A stretch of 64,000 nt of DNA from Octopus sinensis (lineage: Eukaryota). Location: contig NC_043013.1 of the NCBI RefSeq assembly GCF_006345805.1, forward strand, positions 24,056,001-24,120,000, read 5' to 3'. A model generated the notes under the pieces. It was not told the DNA's origin, ran no database searches, and saw nothing but the letters and a program-made list of their open reading frames with translations. The translations under genes were made by a program, and so were the position numbers. Below are positions 24,035 to 38,000 of this stretch, in pieces. Position 1 is the first letter of the stretch, and each line of letters begins with the position of its first letter.

Positions 24035-25243
24035 GTTATTAATACCAAGTGTAAGCTATGGATACATAAGAGGTGCAGCAACATCAAAGGAAAATTAACC
24101 GAGAAAATAGCTTTCGTGTGCGGCAGATACACAGGAGCAATAGACACCACAGATACTTAGAAAACAGATTCCATCACACACCAGGGGGAGAAACTAAAAG
24201 AAGTTGATAGTTTCCGCTACCTAGGTGACCAAGTTAGTAGTGGAGGTGGATGCTCAGAGAGTGTCACCACTAGAATACGAATAACCTGGGCAAACTTTAG
24301 AAAGCTTCTACCCCTACAGGTAACAAGGGTCTCTCGCTCAGAGCGAAAGGTAGATTGTACGACGCATGTGTGCGAATTGCCATGCTTCACGGCAGTGAAA
24401 CATGGGCTGTGACTGCAGAGGACATGCGTAGGTTTGAAAGAAATGAAGCTAGCATGATCTGCTGGATGTATAATGTCAGTGTGCACACTCGACAGAGTGT
24501 AAGTGCTCTGAGAGAAATGCTGGACATAAGAAGCATTGGATGTGGCATACAAGAGAGACGTCTGCGCTGGTATGGTCATGTACTACAGACGGATGAGGAG
24601 AGATGTGTGAAGAAGTGCCACTCCCAAACAGTTGAAAGAATCCTGGGTAGAGGAAGACATGGGATGAGGAGGTGAAGCATGACCTTTGAATGTTGGGCCT
24701 CACAGAGGCAATGACGAAAGACCGAGACCTCTGGAGAGATGCTGTGACTGCGAAGACCCAACAAATAACGTGAGTTCATGGCTATTTCCTGCACCAGCTT
24801 CACATAGAAGCCCCAGTCCATCCAAAGTACCTTGGATCGCAGGACGGCCTGCTGTGCTGGAGGAGACCTATTGAGTCAAGTACATCAACATCAAAAAATC
24901 AAATGGAAAATATAGTTACGATACCTGTGCCGGTGGCACGTAAAAATCACTATCCAAACGTGGCCAGGGCCAGCGCCTCTTTGACTGGCTTCCGTGCCGG
25001 TGGCACGTGAAAAGCACCAACCGATTGTGGCCATTGCCAGCATCCCCTGGCACCTGTCCTGGTGGCACGTAAAAAGCACCCACTACATTCATGGAGTGGT
25101 TGGCATTAGGAAATGCATCCGGGTGTAGAAACACTGCCATATCAGACTGGAGCCTGGTGCAGTTTCTTGGATTCCCAGACCCCGGTCAAACTGTCCAACC
25201 CATGCTAGCATGGAAAAAGGATGTTAAACGATGATGATGATGA
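24035..25243 (+). mobile_element. 5'-truncated RTE-clade LINE (ORF2 C-terminal part + 3' UTR + (ATG)n tail)
   Basis: Decayed ORF: [24 protein letters not shown]..., VDSFRYLGDQV..., YDACVRIAMLHGSETWAVT..., ERRLRWYGHVL; tail ggatgttaaacgatgatgatg. Confidence 0.9.
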
Positions 25244-25799
25244 ATAGTAGTAATTCTCCTGGTTGCAATTGTAGAGTTAAATCCCACTGTCCGTTATTAG
25301 GCCAATGTCTAATCTAAAACGTAATTTATTAATGTACAATTATAACTGAGGCTGGTAACTTTATATATATCGGATGTTCAATAAATATGATAAAACATAT
25401 CAATAAACATTTTTCATCTTTTAGACTCAAACAAAAGCCAATTGTATGTTCTTATCTAGCAAAATTTGGAAAATGAAGGAAAGCAGTCTCCTAATTATAT
25501 AGCCCCTAGAAACTATAAAATCATATATGTAATAGTACCCGTAACCTTGCAACTTACAAAATCTCTGGTCGCAATACCTCCAACAGCCCTCACTACTCCC
25601 ATACCTACTACATCCGCTTTTAGGGTTACCTTTATCTCTTCCCTATCGCAAATTTTAATACCATCCCTCTTTAAATGTAAGTCATATATATTTCTTATCA
25701 TTTTCTATAAATTCTTATTATTTTGTTTTCATACTTTGATATCCTTACCTATGAACTTCCTATCTCTTAAAATGTTTACTGTTCCTAAATAGAGATTTT

Positions 25800-25961
25800 T
25801 CAGCTACTAGATGTATGCGAAATGGTTAACGAAGGAGATTCGACTGTTATTTCTAGCTACTTAAGCGACCACCTCTAGTTCCTGCCCGATGTCGTCAGTA
25901 CCTTCACAGAGGGGAGTAATGCACAGACTTCTCTCCCTTCCAGCGCTAGAGAGTTCCCATC
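25800..25961 (+). promoter_or_regulatory. Probable MARS1 proximal promoter / 5' UTR
   Basis: Locally CpG-enriched, pyrimidine tract cttctctcccttcc (25928-25941), Kozak-like cccatcATGG. TSS not determinable from sequence. Confidence 0.45.
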
Positions 25962-26076
25962 ATGGCGCCTCCCACTCTCCACACGGACGTCGCCAATAAT
26001 CCAGAAACTCTGAAATTATTTATTGCTGCAAAATTATCCAACCGAAATATTAATGTTGTTCACAGGAAGAAAGATG
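25962..26076 (+). CDS. MARS1: MARS1 exon 1 (GST-like domain start)
   Basis: ATG; [38 protein letters not shown]; donor G|gtgagt, phase 1, compatible with exon 2. Confidence 0.85.
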
Positions 26077-29000
26077 GTGAGTGCAACTTTCATTCATTTC
26101 ATACCTCCAGTCGATTGGTAGAACCGCCAGGGAAGCTTTGGACCTGAGTTCAAATCCTTCTCTCACAACTTTTTTTTTCTTGTTTCAGTTTTTTGACAAA
26201 ATAAAATATTTGTCGAGTAAAATATTTGTCGTTGAGGGTTCGAATGGAATTGGAGGAAAACATTTCTCATCTTAACGCGGGACGTTTAATAATATCAATA
26301 CTTATTGTTACATTTTATTTTCTTTTAATTCAGAACAGAGAGAGAAGCCGTGTAACTTAGAGGATTGCTTAGAAGAACAAAAAAACAAAACAAAATCACT
26401 TTCTAATTAAAAGTAAATTTTGCAAAATTTTATTATAATTAAACAACAGACTTTGACAATGTTGGGCGAAGGACAGCGAAATCGATTGACCGGTTAGGAC
26501 GAAGTTCTATTCACACGCATCGAACATGTATTGATTTCGAATTTTGGCACAAGGCCAGCAATTTAGTGGGAGGTGGGACAAGTCCTTTACATCAACCCCA
26601 AAGCTCATCTGGTACTTCTTATTTTATCGACCATGACATAAAAAAAAGAAGTATGAATATGTACGTGTGTATAAAAGTTAATGGGTGTGTGTGTGTGTGT
26701 TCTCGTGTGTGAATAAATACATATACATAAAGCCGAACACACACATTAGTTTTCATGGTGTTCTTTCGTTTGTAACGAAGGAATACTGCTTTCATATTTA
26801 CGTACATACATTAAATACACACACACACACACACACATGTACACCCATTATTTTTCATAGACACGTACACACGTTCTACTTAACGGAAGAACCATCTGTC
26901 GCAGAATACTAACAGAGTTTATCGGAACAATGTATTTAATAATGGTTTTTCCGCAAAGTGTCAAGGACTTTTCCAAACTTTGCACAATTCTCTACTCACT
27001 CGTGATAAGAGAATGGGAAATGAATCCAACTTCAGAGAGGATATTTGTTTGTTACAGATAACTTTGGCAAACTACCTAAACCCAACAGCTGGCTAAACCT
27101 TAGCCACGCAGATTTAAATATCTTGCAAAGAGACATGACTGGAACCTGAGTGCAGTTGTAAAGTTGCAACACTAGGTTATGACAGTCGCTGGAGAGACAT
27201 GCTAACATCGCCCCAGGTTAAAGCAATGTGTCCGTCCTTGTTTCTCTTTTATTTGTTACTAGCAGTATCGCCCGGCGTTGCTCGGGTTTGTAAGGGAAAT
27301 AACTATATAAGCATTTTTAGAGAGTTATAGCGAAAAAGTAGCAAAAAATTGCCTTAAAAATGGAAAAAAAATGATGGTAAATTTTTTTTAAAATCATTGA
27401 CTCATCGTAGACATTTTTAGAGAGTTACTTCCCTTATATAATAGCGAAAAAATGCATTAAAATGGAAAAAATGATGGTAAATTTTTTTTTAAATCGTAGA
27501 CTCATCGTAGACGCGAGCTAATACCCAGAAGGGCTCAATATGAATCACGACTATAAGATACCCGGTTTTGGTCAAACTGCACCGCAAAATGTGGGAGTAA
27601 GGAATCTAAATCGTAGGAGACAGACACACAACTTCACTTTTATATATAAAGATTTCCAAGGATTATCCAGATCATAATGTTTTCACACTTTTCCAGGACG
27701 GGGACCGTCATTATTGTTTTCATGTTTGATAATAACTTATGGAGAGAGGCAATTCCTTTGCTCCCTGCAAAATTGCATTTCTTTAATGGCATATGTAATT
27801 GATAACAACAGCAAGTTGTGTTGGGTTGGTTTACGAGTTGAGAGGATGTGAGCAATTAAAGCAAAAAGCTTACGGAATGGTGAGCAGTTCAGTTTTTTTA
27901 GTGTTTCCATGTCATATAGTGTATTCTTTGATTGATTCCAAGTCCAGGTTCATTCTTTTTACATACAGACATTATTTGTCTGGTTTTTAAATATGGCATC
28001 AACTAAAAATCTCATCTTATGCCTTATGCATGCTATATCTGAAATGAACTTAAATATCTCTTAATCTGAGGGTCATGGTCTAATAAATTCAAATTATTTC
28101 AGTTAGAATAGTTTGTGGTGACTTTAAATGTAGTTCGATGTATGAATAGTATTTATGTTTCTGGATCCTTGCAGTTGAAGAATTTTTTTTACCTCAGCAT
28201 CATTTCATCTTGCTTTACCAATGTATCAGGTGATGACCATTAGGGTGCTTGGCTTTTTCATCACCTTAGCCTTGCCATCGCCCCTGATAATGCTGCGAGT
28301 GTGCTTGGCTTGCTTCAGTAGGGTTCATTGAACCCTGTACTGTCTGACTGATTGAAGCACTTGGTACTGCATTGATGTTTTTTTTTCTTGTTTTTCTTTT
28401 AAATATATTCTTGTTGTTCATATTTTGAATAAAAGATTTTGTAGTTATTAAAAAAAAAAAACAACTATAAATATACAGATTTGTAAATAATAGCAAGTAC
28501 CATTAAGAAAGTGGTGGTGATGAGGGTGGGTGCAAACACAGACACAAAGACACACTCATATGTACAATGGGCGTCTTTCAGTTTCTGTCTACCGAATCCA
28601 CTCGCAAGGCTTCGGTTGGCCGAAGGATATGGCAAAAGACACTTGTCCAAGGTGCCATGCAAGTGGAACTGAACCGTGAACCATGTGTTTGGGAAGCAAA
28701 CTTCTTACCACACAGCCATGCCTGCACCTATATATTTGTATTTGTTTCTGTGTGTCTTTTGCCGCCATGAAAAATAAGCAGTAATTAAAATTACAATCTT
28801 ATTAAATGAAACAGCAATGGCCATTTCAGTTCTGAGGCCAAAGTTTTGAGTGGAAAAAACAGCTTTTGAGGCTGCTTTTTAGTTTCCCTTACTGGGCATT
28901 ATTGATTTCTAATTGTGTTTTTTTTTTTTTTTACTTATTTCTCCCTGTTGCTTTGCCGGGCGAATCCGTTCAGGGTCGATAAATTAAGTACCAGTTACGC

Positions 29001-32000
29001 ACTAGGGTTAATAAAATCGACTTAATCCGTTTGTCTGTCCTTGTTTGTCCCCTCTATGTTTAGCCCCTTGTGGGTAATAAAGAAACAGATTTATTCTGTT
29101 GTTTTGTCATTTAAATTATCTAATGCATCGTTTCATTCATTTGCAGAAAGAATTATTCCTTATTTGTCAAAAACGCAACTGCCAGTCTTGGAACTGGCTA
29201 AAGATGATTTCTTGTTTTCAGCAAACTCAGCCACCAGGTAATATTCAATAAATAGAAAGTCGTCCCCATTTGTCCTTTTTTTCTTTTACTTCGTAAACTT
29301 GATGCTACTTGATGCATCTTTCTCTTCTCTTGTCATTTCTTCTGAACTCCATGTTAAACACTTTACTCAATTCTACTTCCCAGGACTGTGGTCTTCTGCC
29401 ATCCTGCATGTGCCTATATCTCCTAGATAGGGTTAACCTACACAAGTTAAAGCTGACTTTTTTTGACTGCATTAAGCTCTCTTATTTAGTGAGAACCTAC
29501 ACAAGCTCTGGCTGATGGTAGTCCTCCTTGACCTATACTAACTAGAAGGAAAAATAAAAGTTGATTGTGAAACTATTTTTTCTTGTTGTGACCAGTGATT
29601 TTTAAGTCAGTACTTTAATGTCAACTGAACTGTCAAGCAGAATATATATCTGTGCCTTTTGTTTAACTCTTTGAGACTAGAATGAGGAATGTCTCTTCCT
29701 TAATAGATACAGATTAACCTCTACTTTGTCACATTAGTATTTTCCACCTAAGTCTAGCTGCTATCTCAAGTTGAATCTATAGCCTGAAGCATTGCTGTCT
29801 GTCATAGCTGAGATAAAGCCAGCCATTATGCCAGAGAGGTTTGGAGATTCCAACTTGTCCACTGCATTTCTGACAGTGCGAGTGACAAACGGTTTGTATG
29901 CAATTTGGTGCTGAACAGACATTACAAAGACTTTTATCAAAGTGTAATAGTTTTGGGGTTTTCTTTTTAATACGTGCATCCTTAACAAGTCAAACTCACA
30001 TACATGCTTCTGCATAATTTGTGTCTGCTAAATTCCACAAGACCAGTTAGAGGCTATGATAAAAGACACTTGCCCCAGGTGCTATGCTTTTCTCTACCCA
30101 TTCCATTTGTAATGCGAATAGTTCTTAGATATCTTTTTGTAGTCAGTTATAGTTGTCTTAATAATTATTGATATTTTTTTTTCTTTTCGGAAACAAATTC
30201 TCTCCATTGTCTTCACAGATATCTGCTCAGCGGAGATGTTGTTCTAAATGATGCTAATATTGATACCCAGGTAGATATGTGGCTTCAATGGGAAGCCTGT
30301 CAATTACAGGTATGTCTTCGTTTTCAATTCATTTCTTCATATTTTTCTAAAATAGATAATGAGGGAAATATGGATTTTAGTTATTATTGTTTGTTTACTC
30401 CGAAGCCAGTGAGCCAGCCTGTGATCATGACTGTTCCAGCCTTGACCATCCTGTCCTTTTTTTTATATTTAAGTTGTCCAGTGTAACTTTACGTTTTTTT
30501 CTAAGATGACTGTAGAGTAGGATTTCAATGAGACTTGGGTCAGAGTTACACCTTACAGCTCAAATGATTGCATAGAGGTTGCGTTATTGGCGTATTGTTA
30601 TGTCCCTTATATTGGTGGATAGAATAAAGCTGTTAGTTTTTACTGTGGTTTTATGTTTCATAGAATATATTACTTTGTTATTATACAGCAACAGTAGTAG
30701 TAGTAGCAGCTGCAGCTGTTGTTACTGTATTAGTTACTGTAAATTTACTATTCTTTAGTTTGCCTTGTTATTTGTTAAGTTAGGTTCAGTAATAATCAGA
30801 AGTTACCCGAGAGAAGTTTCTCTCTGGTCAGTGTCTGACCACATTCTCTTCCCTTCCATTAACCCTTTCGTTACCAAACCGCCCAAAGCCGCCCGAAAAA
30901 AATTTTGGTTAATGTGACCAAACCGCCCAAAGCTGCCCAAATTTACCTATTCATATTTAAATGAGAATATCAGAGCAAATCTCTTTAGTACATTCGTGAA
31001 AACACGTATTATACTTCGTAAACAGTTCAACTACAGTTTTGTACAATAATCAAAGTGTAATTTTAATTCCGTGAATTTTGAGAGATTTTTTTCCGAAATT
31101 TGTTCCTATTGTGTTTTCAAAATTTGTAATTCTGACAAAAAATGGATACGAATTTCATTATATCAAGCAGCGAGTCAGAATTTGAAGGATTTTCTACTGA
31201 AGACCTTCATAAATCTAATTCTATGACTGAAAAAAAAAAGCACATGGTATTTGATAATGAATCTGATGTTTCATTTTCCAAAAGTGAAAACAGTGAATTC
31301 GAGAGCTCCGACAGCGATAAAGAAAACGAATTGGCACCTGAATGGAGTGAAAATTTAAAAACTGTTTCTTTCGGTGATTTTTCTGAAGAAACTGGACCAA
31401 GCCACAGACTTTCCCAGGAGAGTAAAGCCTTAGACTATTTCTTTTTACTTTTTCGAATGAGCCTATTTGAAATCATTACGGCGAAAACGAACCGTTACAC
31501 TAAACGTAAACAAAGTGAAAGAAACGATAGTTTGTGGTTTCCCATAACCTTAAATGAAATTAAGACTATTTTGCCGTAAATATTATTATGGGTATCAGAA
31601 GGTTACCCAGAATAACAAATTCTATCGTAAAATTTTGTTGTATACCCAATTGAATATTAGCTAATAACCCATTTTCTATAGCGATGTTTGAACAAAATTT
31701 TAATTTTATATTTTGTTGAATTTACCTGTATCTACTTGCAATTAGAGTCCCTTTGTGACAAAAATTATAGTATAGAATTGGTTGAGAATATTTCATTAAA
31801 TTATCTTCCAAAAATCAGATTAATATATTGATAAATAAAAAAGTTATAGTTGTTTAATGAAACCAGACTAAATTTATGATTACGTTAGAAATTAATTGAA
31901 ACACATAAGGGGTGTATTTTGGTCAGAAATATAGTAACGAAAGGGTTAAGAGCATCTTGCTATTTAGCATTCACTTTTAAGGTTTTTCCATGACAACATG

Positions 32001-35000
32001 GATTCTGTCCAGGTTAAGTGGTTCTCAGTCTTCTTCTATTCTTGTAGGTTTCAGGTGGTTTTGTGGAGTAAGAGAGAGATTCCTTATTCCCAACTACTTC
32101 AGTTCTTAGGTATTAGTAACGTATCAGATGGTGTTAAGTTTAGATACGGAAGATGGCTGGGTGTTGTAATTGTGTTCTGTTTTGTTGATAATGCGTATTT
32201 GTTTGCAAAAGAGTTTCTGTATATTCTGGATATGTATTTGCATGGCAAGTGTTTTGAACTGAGATTGTCTGCTGAATCTGAAGTGAAACTGAAGTGTGGA
32301 AGATACAAGTCAACCATTCACAAACACTGTCAACTTCACTTCAATAATTTTTTGTAATATGGTATCAGAATTTTTGTTACTTGAAACTGCTAACTGTTCA
32401 CTGGCAGAAAGCTCTGCTGCCTCTGAAAATTCTCAAAAATCCTATGATATCATTCGGTTCTCTTGTATGTCTCCACTGTCCTGTTTTTGTTCCCAAATTT
32501 GACCCTCCGTAAATCCAAAATTTTTTTGGTACTTATGGGAGCAACTGTCTTCGAAGACTCATATTGTCATTCAGTCCTTGAAATGAGGAGATAGACAGCC
32601 GACAACTGATGAAGGGTCGTTCTTTATGTTACTTGTCCTGTTTTCCATTTGTTTCTCGTTTGTCTATAGAACACATTTGTTTTTTTTATTTCATGTTGTT
32701 TACTGTTGGTGACCTCCTGTACTCATATATGCATATGTATGTATATATATTGCATGGGTTGTTTTTTTTTTTTTTTTTTTGGCATAGGTCAATCTTTCTG
32801 GTTGGATGCCCAAAGATGGTCAGTTATTAATGGCATTTCCTATCAACTGTCTGTGTATATTTCCTTTGTTCCTCCTCTCTTCATTATTCTCTTCTCTTTG
32901 AGCCCCGTTTTTCAAAGAATACAATGTGTGTATATTATTTTATAGAAATTTTCTTCATGATATAGTGTAGAGTTTTTAATCTCAAATCAGTTTGGTCAAA
33001 CTGATGTACGAATAAAGATGTTCCAGCCATGATCATCATCTCTTTTTGTATGTTAGAGACTTTATTCTCCAGTGTGTCTTTCCTTTAAGAAATATTTGAT
33101 GATAACATGAAGGCTTTCTTTATGGTTGGTCAGTTATTTAACATAATTGATTAGCCCTATCATCAAAGATCATCACCTCATCTTTTATTCAGACATAGTG
33201 TATCTAGGATCATATTATCCAATGTATCTTCCCATTTTTAAGAGGATATGGTGTGACTTAAAGGAGACTTGGCTGTTACATGTTGCAAATCAATCAACGG
33301 CGTAGAGGGTCCCATTTGTTGGTAGGTGACTGAGGCAATACACCACCCGCTCATCATGTGTGTAGCATTTGAAATGTTTCCCAACCACTTCTAAAAATCA
33401 GTTCCATGATGAAATAACTCCGTTCACTGGTACTAATTGAAAGAAATGCCAATCTCTAACTGTAGAGGGAATCTGTGGTAGAGGTAGACATGGGATGAGG
33501 TGGTGAAGCATGATCTTTGAACATTGGGCCTCACAGAAGCAATGAGTAGTGACTGTGACCTTTGGTGATATGCTGTGCTTGAAAAGACCCGTCAAGCCAA
33601 GTGAAATCGTAGTCATGGCTGGTGTTGGTGTCATGTAATTGGCATGTAAAGAGCACTGTTGGAGCATTGGGCCTCATGGAAGCAAAGTGGCTGAGTTCCT
33701 TTTGAGCGTTGGGCCTCATGGAGGCAAAGTGGCTGAGTTTCTTTTGAGCGTTGGGCTTCACGGAAGCAATGAACAAGACCTTTGACATTATGTTATACTT
33801 GAGAAGAAGACCCAACAAGCCGAATAAAATTGCAGTCGTGGCATATACTGGTGTCACGCAAATGGCACCTGTGCCAGTGGTATATAAAAGCTCCCATTAC
33901 ACTCTCGGAGTGGTTGGCGTTAGGAAGGGCATCCAGCCATAGAAAACCATGCCAAATCAGACTGGAGACTGGTGCAGCCTTCCTGCTTGCCAGCCCTGGT
34001 CAAACTGTCCAACCCATGCCAGCATGGACAACAGACGTTAAAGAATGATCATATTGTTATTAGATTAGAAAGTTAGGGAATTTTTTCCATTTCAAACTCA
34101 ATAAGAAACTAGTGAGAGCAGATTCTCTTACCAATTTCACTATAATTGTAGACAGTAATAAGAAACAACAGCAGTTATTATATTAATTTCACTGTAAAAT
34201 TCTCACCATTTTATTTCCAGTCTACTGTAAAGGATATAATATCAATTGCAAGTGGGAAGAATGTTTCTAAAGAAGACAACGGCCCAAATTTGGCTTTGCT
34301 TCACTCTCACCTGAAGTATATGGAGGAGAAGCTGAAGAGAAACGATAACAACCTTGTAAAAGTAAGTAAACTGAATAATAATAATAAAGAATATCTGCTG
34401 ATGGTTTTGCTCTTATGGCAGACTGTGTAACAGAGTTGGGAAAGAAATTGCAGGTATGGAAACAGAAGCTAGATTGGAAAGGCCTTAAAGTGAACTTGGC
34501 AAAGATTAAGATTTTATAGTAAGCAGGAAAACAAACAGAACCCTCCCCATTTCAGATAAATGGCCATGCTTGATATGTAGAAACGATGTAAGCAAGAATT
34601 CCACACTTGCAGCAGTCGAGTGACCAAATAATTTACAAGACAAGACCCCTTTGACTAGGAGGGGGTGTGTTATTGAGAGGTGGCGGCTTTGTGCCAGATG
34701 ACACGAGGGGTTTGAGTATGAGGGACAGAAATAGACAACTTGTTGTAAAGAGTAGCAGAGAGAGAGAGAGAGAGGCAAGTAAAGAAGGTGGGGGTACAGA
34801 GAGGTGTATATAAATGAAGTGGGAGCAAGGCTAGGGTAGGTGGGTGAGTGAATTGATAAGGTTGCAGAAAAAGAGAGTGGGAGGTGGAGGCAACACAAGT
34901 AAAGGGGAGGGGCGTGTTAGGATATGTTGTGGAGTAAGAGATTAGGAGATGGAAGGGTTGGGTATACAGCAGATAGTGAGCACAGGTGGAGGGAAGATGG

Positions 35001-38000
35001 GATATGTGAGGGAGAGATTTGTTAGAGGGTTGGGGCCTGGACACAAAAGAGATGCCTTTTATAGCCTTGATTTTACTTAGCTGGAAGGGTCTTCTCAAGC
35101 AAATAAGCAATCAACTCCTTCCCCCCCCCCCCCCCCCCCCCGAAGGGATTAGTAATGTATAGGCTTTCCTACTTTGGTCTTTGCTAAATTGGCTCTTTGA
35201 TTCCAGTTCTTCCTTCCACACTTGGAATTTCTTTATTTCTAGTAGAGATTCACCTCTAAGAATTTCAAGCAGAAAATTTTAAAATCTAATGGAAAAATTT
35301 CAGTTAGTTAAAAATTCTTTGCCTCCATCATTCACTATTTCGCTGCAACATATTTATCAACATTTGTGCCATTCACCCTGTTTAATTAATTTCCTTTGCT
35401 CCTATGTTTAATTAGACACACACACACACATGCATATATATATATATAAATATTGATATATATATATATATAAGAAAAAAAAGTCAAGGTAGAAAATGCA
35501 AAAATAATTTAATCATAAAAAACATTTTAGCTTCAGTCATTGAGATTTTTTCAACTCTAAGTATGGAAAACAATTAAATTTGGGAAAAATTTAATGAGCA
35601 GTTTTTTAAAAGAATATTTGCTTAGTATTCAAATACAAGGGGCATTTTCCTTGTTACTTCCTGTCTCTGTCTCTCTTCTTTACTCTTGTGGAGATCAAGT
35701 TGGCTGGGACTTTATAAGAAATTTGATTGTATTCTCAGTATAGAATCATCCTGTTAGTAATTGTTTCATTGTTTTCTTAAATTGCATCAAAATGATAACC
35801 TTATTTTAACAACGCTAGCACATACATTCATACATACGTACATACAAACCTATATATATATATATATTCTTTTAGCACATACATACAAACAAATCGTCTG
35901 GAAGCTGTTCAGCGACGTGCAACCAAAAGAATACCCTCCATCAGGCATTTGCCATATCCTGAACGCCTTACTTCCCTGGGCATGGACACATTGAAACTCT
36001 GGCGGCTGACTTGGCAGACACCCATAAAATTATCAACCATTGTACAAACAATAACTCTGAGCACCTTTTCAAGCTCCACCCATCTAACACCCGTGGACAT
36101 ATTTACAAAGTAAGAAAACAGCACAGCTCCCATGACTTCAGGAAACATTTTTTCACGCTGAGAGTTGCTGAAGCATGGAACAAACTGCCGGCATCAGTTG
36201 TTAGTTGTCGGAGCACTGCATCCTTCAAAACTTCCATGCTTCCTGAGATTCGCCAACACTACACTTGATTTTCTCCCCTCCATACACACACAAGCATGTA
36301 TCTGACTCATACATTGTTTGCTTTCCAGACATTTCTACATTACTGCATGTACTTTATATGCACTTTCTGACAAGTTGTGGTGCACCTGAGCACTGTATAC
36401 AATAATTTCATTATTATTATTTTATATTCTTTTCAGGGCCAAATGACCGCTGCTGATGTCACAGTTTGGTCAACATTGTATCATGTATTCAATCAAACAG
36501 ATATCATTAAAGGTATGTTAAAGGTTTGAAATCTACTTTGACCTAACCACAGTGTCCATTATTTAAAACTTAATTTTTAAACCAGTTGTTAGAATTAAGG
36601 CTCATCAGACATAATTTCAAATTTTGCCTCAACTGTTTCCTTATATCCTAAGACTGTCTCAATTTTAGAAACCATTTGACACACATTATTGCTTGTTTAC
36701 AAGAATTCATGTAAATGCTAAACGTTTTCAAGTAAATATTCTCTGTGTAATATTTATATTTGAAAGTGTTTTTTGCACAGAAGAGTTTGTCTATTTGTTT
36801 AGCATGGGATTGATAATAACCATGAGAAATAATAAGAATTATTAAAATGATGGCAGATACAACATTTGTAGGATAAATGATCTTACTCTGTCAGAAAATC
36901 ATGTCAACCAGAAAATTGAAAAATTGGGCATTTAATTTATTTTACATTCATATTGTCTGATGAATGACATAAGAATTAAGACCACAAATGATATGGCAGT
37001 TCTTAAAGGAATATGAAAAGTACTATCATATTTGCCAGGCAATAAAAACTTGGCATCAGAAATCAGAAAAATGGATATGAAGCTTGATAAACTGTGTTCA
37101 AAGTTGTCACTGTTGATTGTAGCTGTCTTTCATCTTAGATTGCAATGAAGCAGAGTTATGGTTTGATGATAATCCTTGAGTAAGCCTCTCTATTGTAATT
37201 GCATATCGACATTAGAGAAGAGTCAAAGGTTAATCTAGTCTCTCTTCTCTCTTATCATAATTAGCTGAGGTAAAGAAATGGCCATTGTTAAAAGCCAGTT
37301 CTTGTCTAGTGAATATTCATGAGTCCTGTCACTAGAAATGAGGACTCCTCTGGTTCAATCCTGCACGTGGCGCTAGTAGTAAACACTTTTCAAAGGAATG
37401 AAGAGTTTGAAATTTGTTGTTGCTATAGTTTCAAGATCTTGGCTTTTGGAGCTTGTTGAAAGTGCTAGCTATAATTTTAAAAAATTTAGACTATTTATGA
37501 TTTGAACATTTAACTTGCTAGAAATAGCAGCCAAAACATCAGATGCACTCTGCTATCTTGAACAAAGGAAGGACTCATTGGACAGTGTAGTCCTTGACAT
37601 AGAAAAAAGATGTGATGTTTACAGTTACAATGCTTTAAATCATAAACCTATGAAAATTCAAAGCAGAACTTGGGTCAAACAATAGCAACAAACATTAATT
37701 TTATAATCTGGTAATATTGCTAAATGACACACAGTTTCAAAATAACGACTCAACTGTTGTTTTAATGTTGTTTTCTTTCAACTTTTTCTATTCTTTAAGA
37801 CTGGGAAAAAAATTATCCTAAAGTGTCGTCCTGGTTTAAATGTTTGTCTGGCAAGAAAGATTTTCAAGATGGAGTTAATCAACTGACTGACAGTCAAAGG
37901 ACTGTAGCTCTAACGGTAAACATTATTATTTCTTATTCACAGTATTTGTGACATGTATGTTCCCTCTCCAGTGTAGCATAAAGGCTATTTTGGCTGTTAT

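Noticed and set aside
13800-25961. A third host gene between AGAP and MARS1
   Set aside because: Every ORF I could interpret here maps to TE remnants (RTE, Penelope-like, HERO-like, mariner); no consistent exon chain on either strand.
31142-31579. Domesticated PGBD-like host gene
   Set aside because: The ORF lies between intact TIRs/TTAA, frameshifts after 145 codons and lacks the DDD catalytic region, so it is a defective transposon.
32565-32625. Possible hammerhead ribozyme (GAAA ... CTGATGA AGGG) at the edge of a Penelope-like remnant
   Set aside because: The core boxes are present in permuted order, but I could not build stems I and III or an NUH cleavage site. An Infernal/RNAMotif hammerhead search on the family consensus would settle it.
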